Assembly: GCA_002309655.1 (NCBI GenBank)
Contig: DBXM01000003.1
Location: 21,078-85,077 of the forward strand
Direction: 5' to 3'
Origin: Mageeibacillus sp. UBA1212
GTDB taxonomy: Bacteria; Bacillota; Clostridia; UBA1212
Length of the DNA stretch: 64,000 bases
Position 1 is the first letter of the stretch, and every line of letters starts with the position of its first letter. This document shows positions 63,364-64,000 of the stretch, one piece after another. Below the pieces are notes generated by a model. It saw only the letters and a program-made list of their open reading frames with translations. It had not been told where the DNA came from and made no database searches. A program made the translations under genes and the position numbers.

Positions 63364-63897
63364 TCACCTCTGTTTGTCTTTTAATCTTTCTCTGAATCGC
63401 TCATCGATGCAAGCGACTTTGCACATTTCGCAGGTCCTGCGTTTTTTGTTGGTCACCTTCACCCAGACATAATCAAGTCCAAGCCGGCCGGCGACGTTTC
63501 TGACTGTCAGCATCAGCTTTTCCCGGGTAAGCGCGGTAAGCGCGAGGCAGAGGGAATTCTCGCCGAAAACGTACCCTTCCGGTTTAAAGGCGGTCTTTTT
63601 CACGAAATAACCGGCCTTCCAGACAAAGTCCGTCCCATCACCGCCATTCAGGAACGAGAGCAAATCGTTCAGTGTTTTCTGATTGGCTCCTGACGGGAAG
63701 ACGACAACGCCCTCCGTGAGATTTCTTTTCGCGGATCTTTTCCCGCCGTAATGTAAAAACACGGGAAGCATTCCGCCTGACGCAATGGTTTTTGAGTCTT
63801 CAACGGCAACGGAATTGGCCATGTGGCCGTAGGCGTTATATGCCCCGGCGGTGCCGTGACGTTCTGCTACTTTGATTAGGCATTCATATATTTCCAT
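63364..63897 (-). CDS. Hypothetical protein
   Basis: 177 aa from the ATG at 63897 (MEIYECLIKVAERHG...), 1 nt after the stop of the upstream partial gene. Confidence 0.5.
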   Translation of the reverse strand: MEIYECLIKVAERHGTAGAYNAYGHMANSVAVEDSKTIASGGMLPVFLHYGGKRSAKRNLTEGVVVFPSGANQKTLNDLLSFLNGGDGTDFVWKAGYFVKKTAFKPEGYVFGENSLCLALTALTREKLMLTVRNVAGRLGLDYVWVKVTNKKRRTCEMCKVACIDERFRERLKDKQR

Positions 63898-63898
63898 T

Positions 63899-64000
63899 TC
63901 AATCCACCAAATCTGCGTATATTTTCGCAAGATCTGCAAATGCTTTCTTTGTTAAAGAGTCCCTCTGTTTTTCATATTCAGGCCAGTCTTTTGAATCTAC
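63899..64000 (-). CDS. 3' end of an upstream gene (5' part outside the window)
   Basis: My own translation of the minus strand gives ...VDSKDWPEYEKQRDSLTKKAFADLAKIYADLVD, followed by a TGA at 63901-63899. Confidence 0.45.
   Translation of the reverse strand, partial: VDSKDWPEYEKQRDSLTKKAFADLAKIYADLVD

Noticed and set aside
37307-64000. Prophage or integrative element
   Set aside because: No integrase, recombinase, terminase, capsid/tail or conjugation genes were recognised, and no tRNA or att-like long repeats were found. The region is better described as a cassette hot spot.
1-64000. rRNA, tRNA, tmRNA or known riboswitch genes
   Set aside because: Scanning the intergenic regions by eye revealed no cloverleaf-compatible or rRNA-like sequence. 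A covariance-model scan would be needed to exclude small RNAs.

Overview
This is a chromosomal segment from a moderately GC-rich Firmicute, probably a gut Clostridia or Oscillospirales-like organism. That assignment is inferred from gene content and RBS style. Almost all genes are on the minus strand.

Positions 1-37.2 kb are mostly core genes:
- a sugar ABC transporter (two permeases and a duplicated ATPase), an acyl-CoA/AMP ligase and an [FeFe]-hydrogenase-like protein;
- several cell-envelope genes: a GT-C-like membrane protein, a YfhO-like protein, an MBOAT plus DHHW pair, a phosphodiester glycosidase and lipoproteins;
- a CDF transporter, an aminotransferase, rsmE, coaD, rsmD, an M24 peptidase and a radical SAM plus TIM-barrel pair;
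- the infC-rpmI-rplT operon with a non-canonical ATA start and a leader/attenuator.

An AT-rich AbiEi/AbiEii toxin-antitoxin islet is inserted at 13.0-14.6 kb.

Positions 37.3-64 kb form a compositionally mosaic accessory array, tightly packed and entirely on the minus strand. It contains:
- a metallophosphoesterase, an unknown protein and a NadD-like::macrodomain (TIGR02452/PARG-like) fusion, together forming a cassette;
- four genes carrying seven copies of a DUF6273-like domain;
- an HTH protein and a HEXXH protein;
- a GmrSD-type (DUF262/DUF1524) nuclease in an AT-rich islet;
- a broken LRR gene and a DUF2779 nuclease;
- a WG-repeat protein and several small unknown proteins;
- an orphan methyltransferase-specificity (M-S) fusion with a 3 x 42-bp in-frame repeat;
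- a translationally coupled set of unknown genes.

The signal least explained by standard annotation is a dispersed repeat family. The exact 11-mer GTGGATTTTCC occurs 10 times in four clusters between 23.4 and 28.7 kb. These include tandem arrays that fill whole intergenic spacers and one in-frame copy inside a CDS.

No rRNA, tRNA, CRISPR array, transposase or integrase was recognised.
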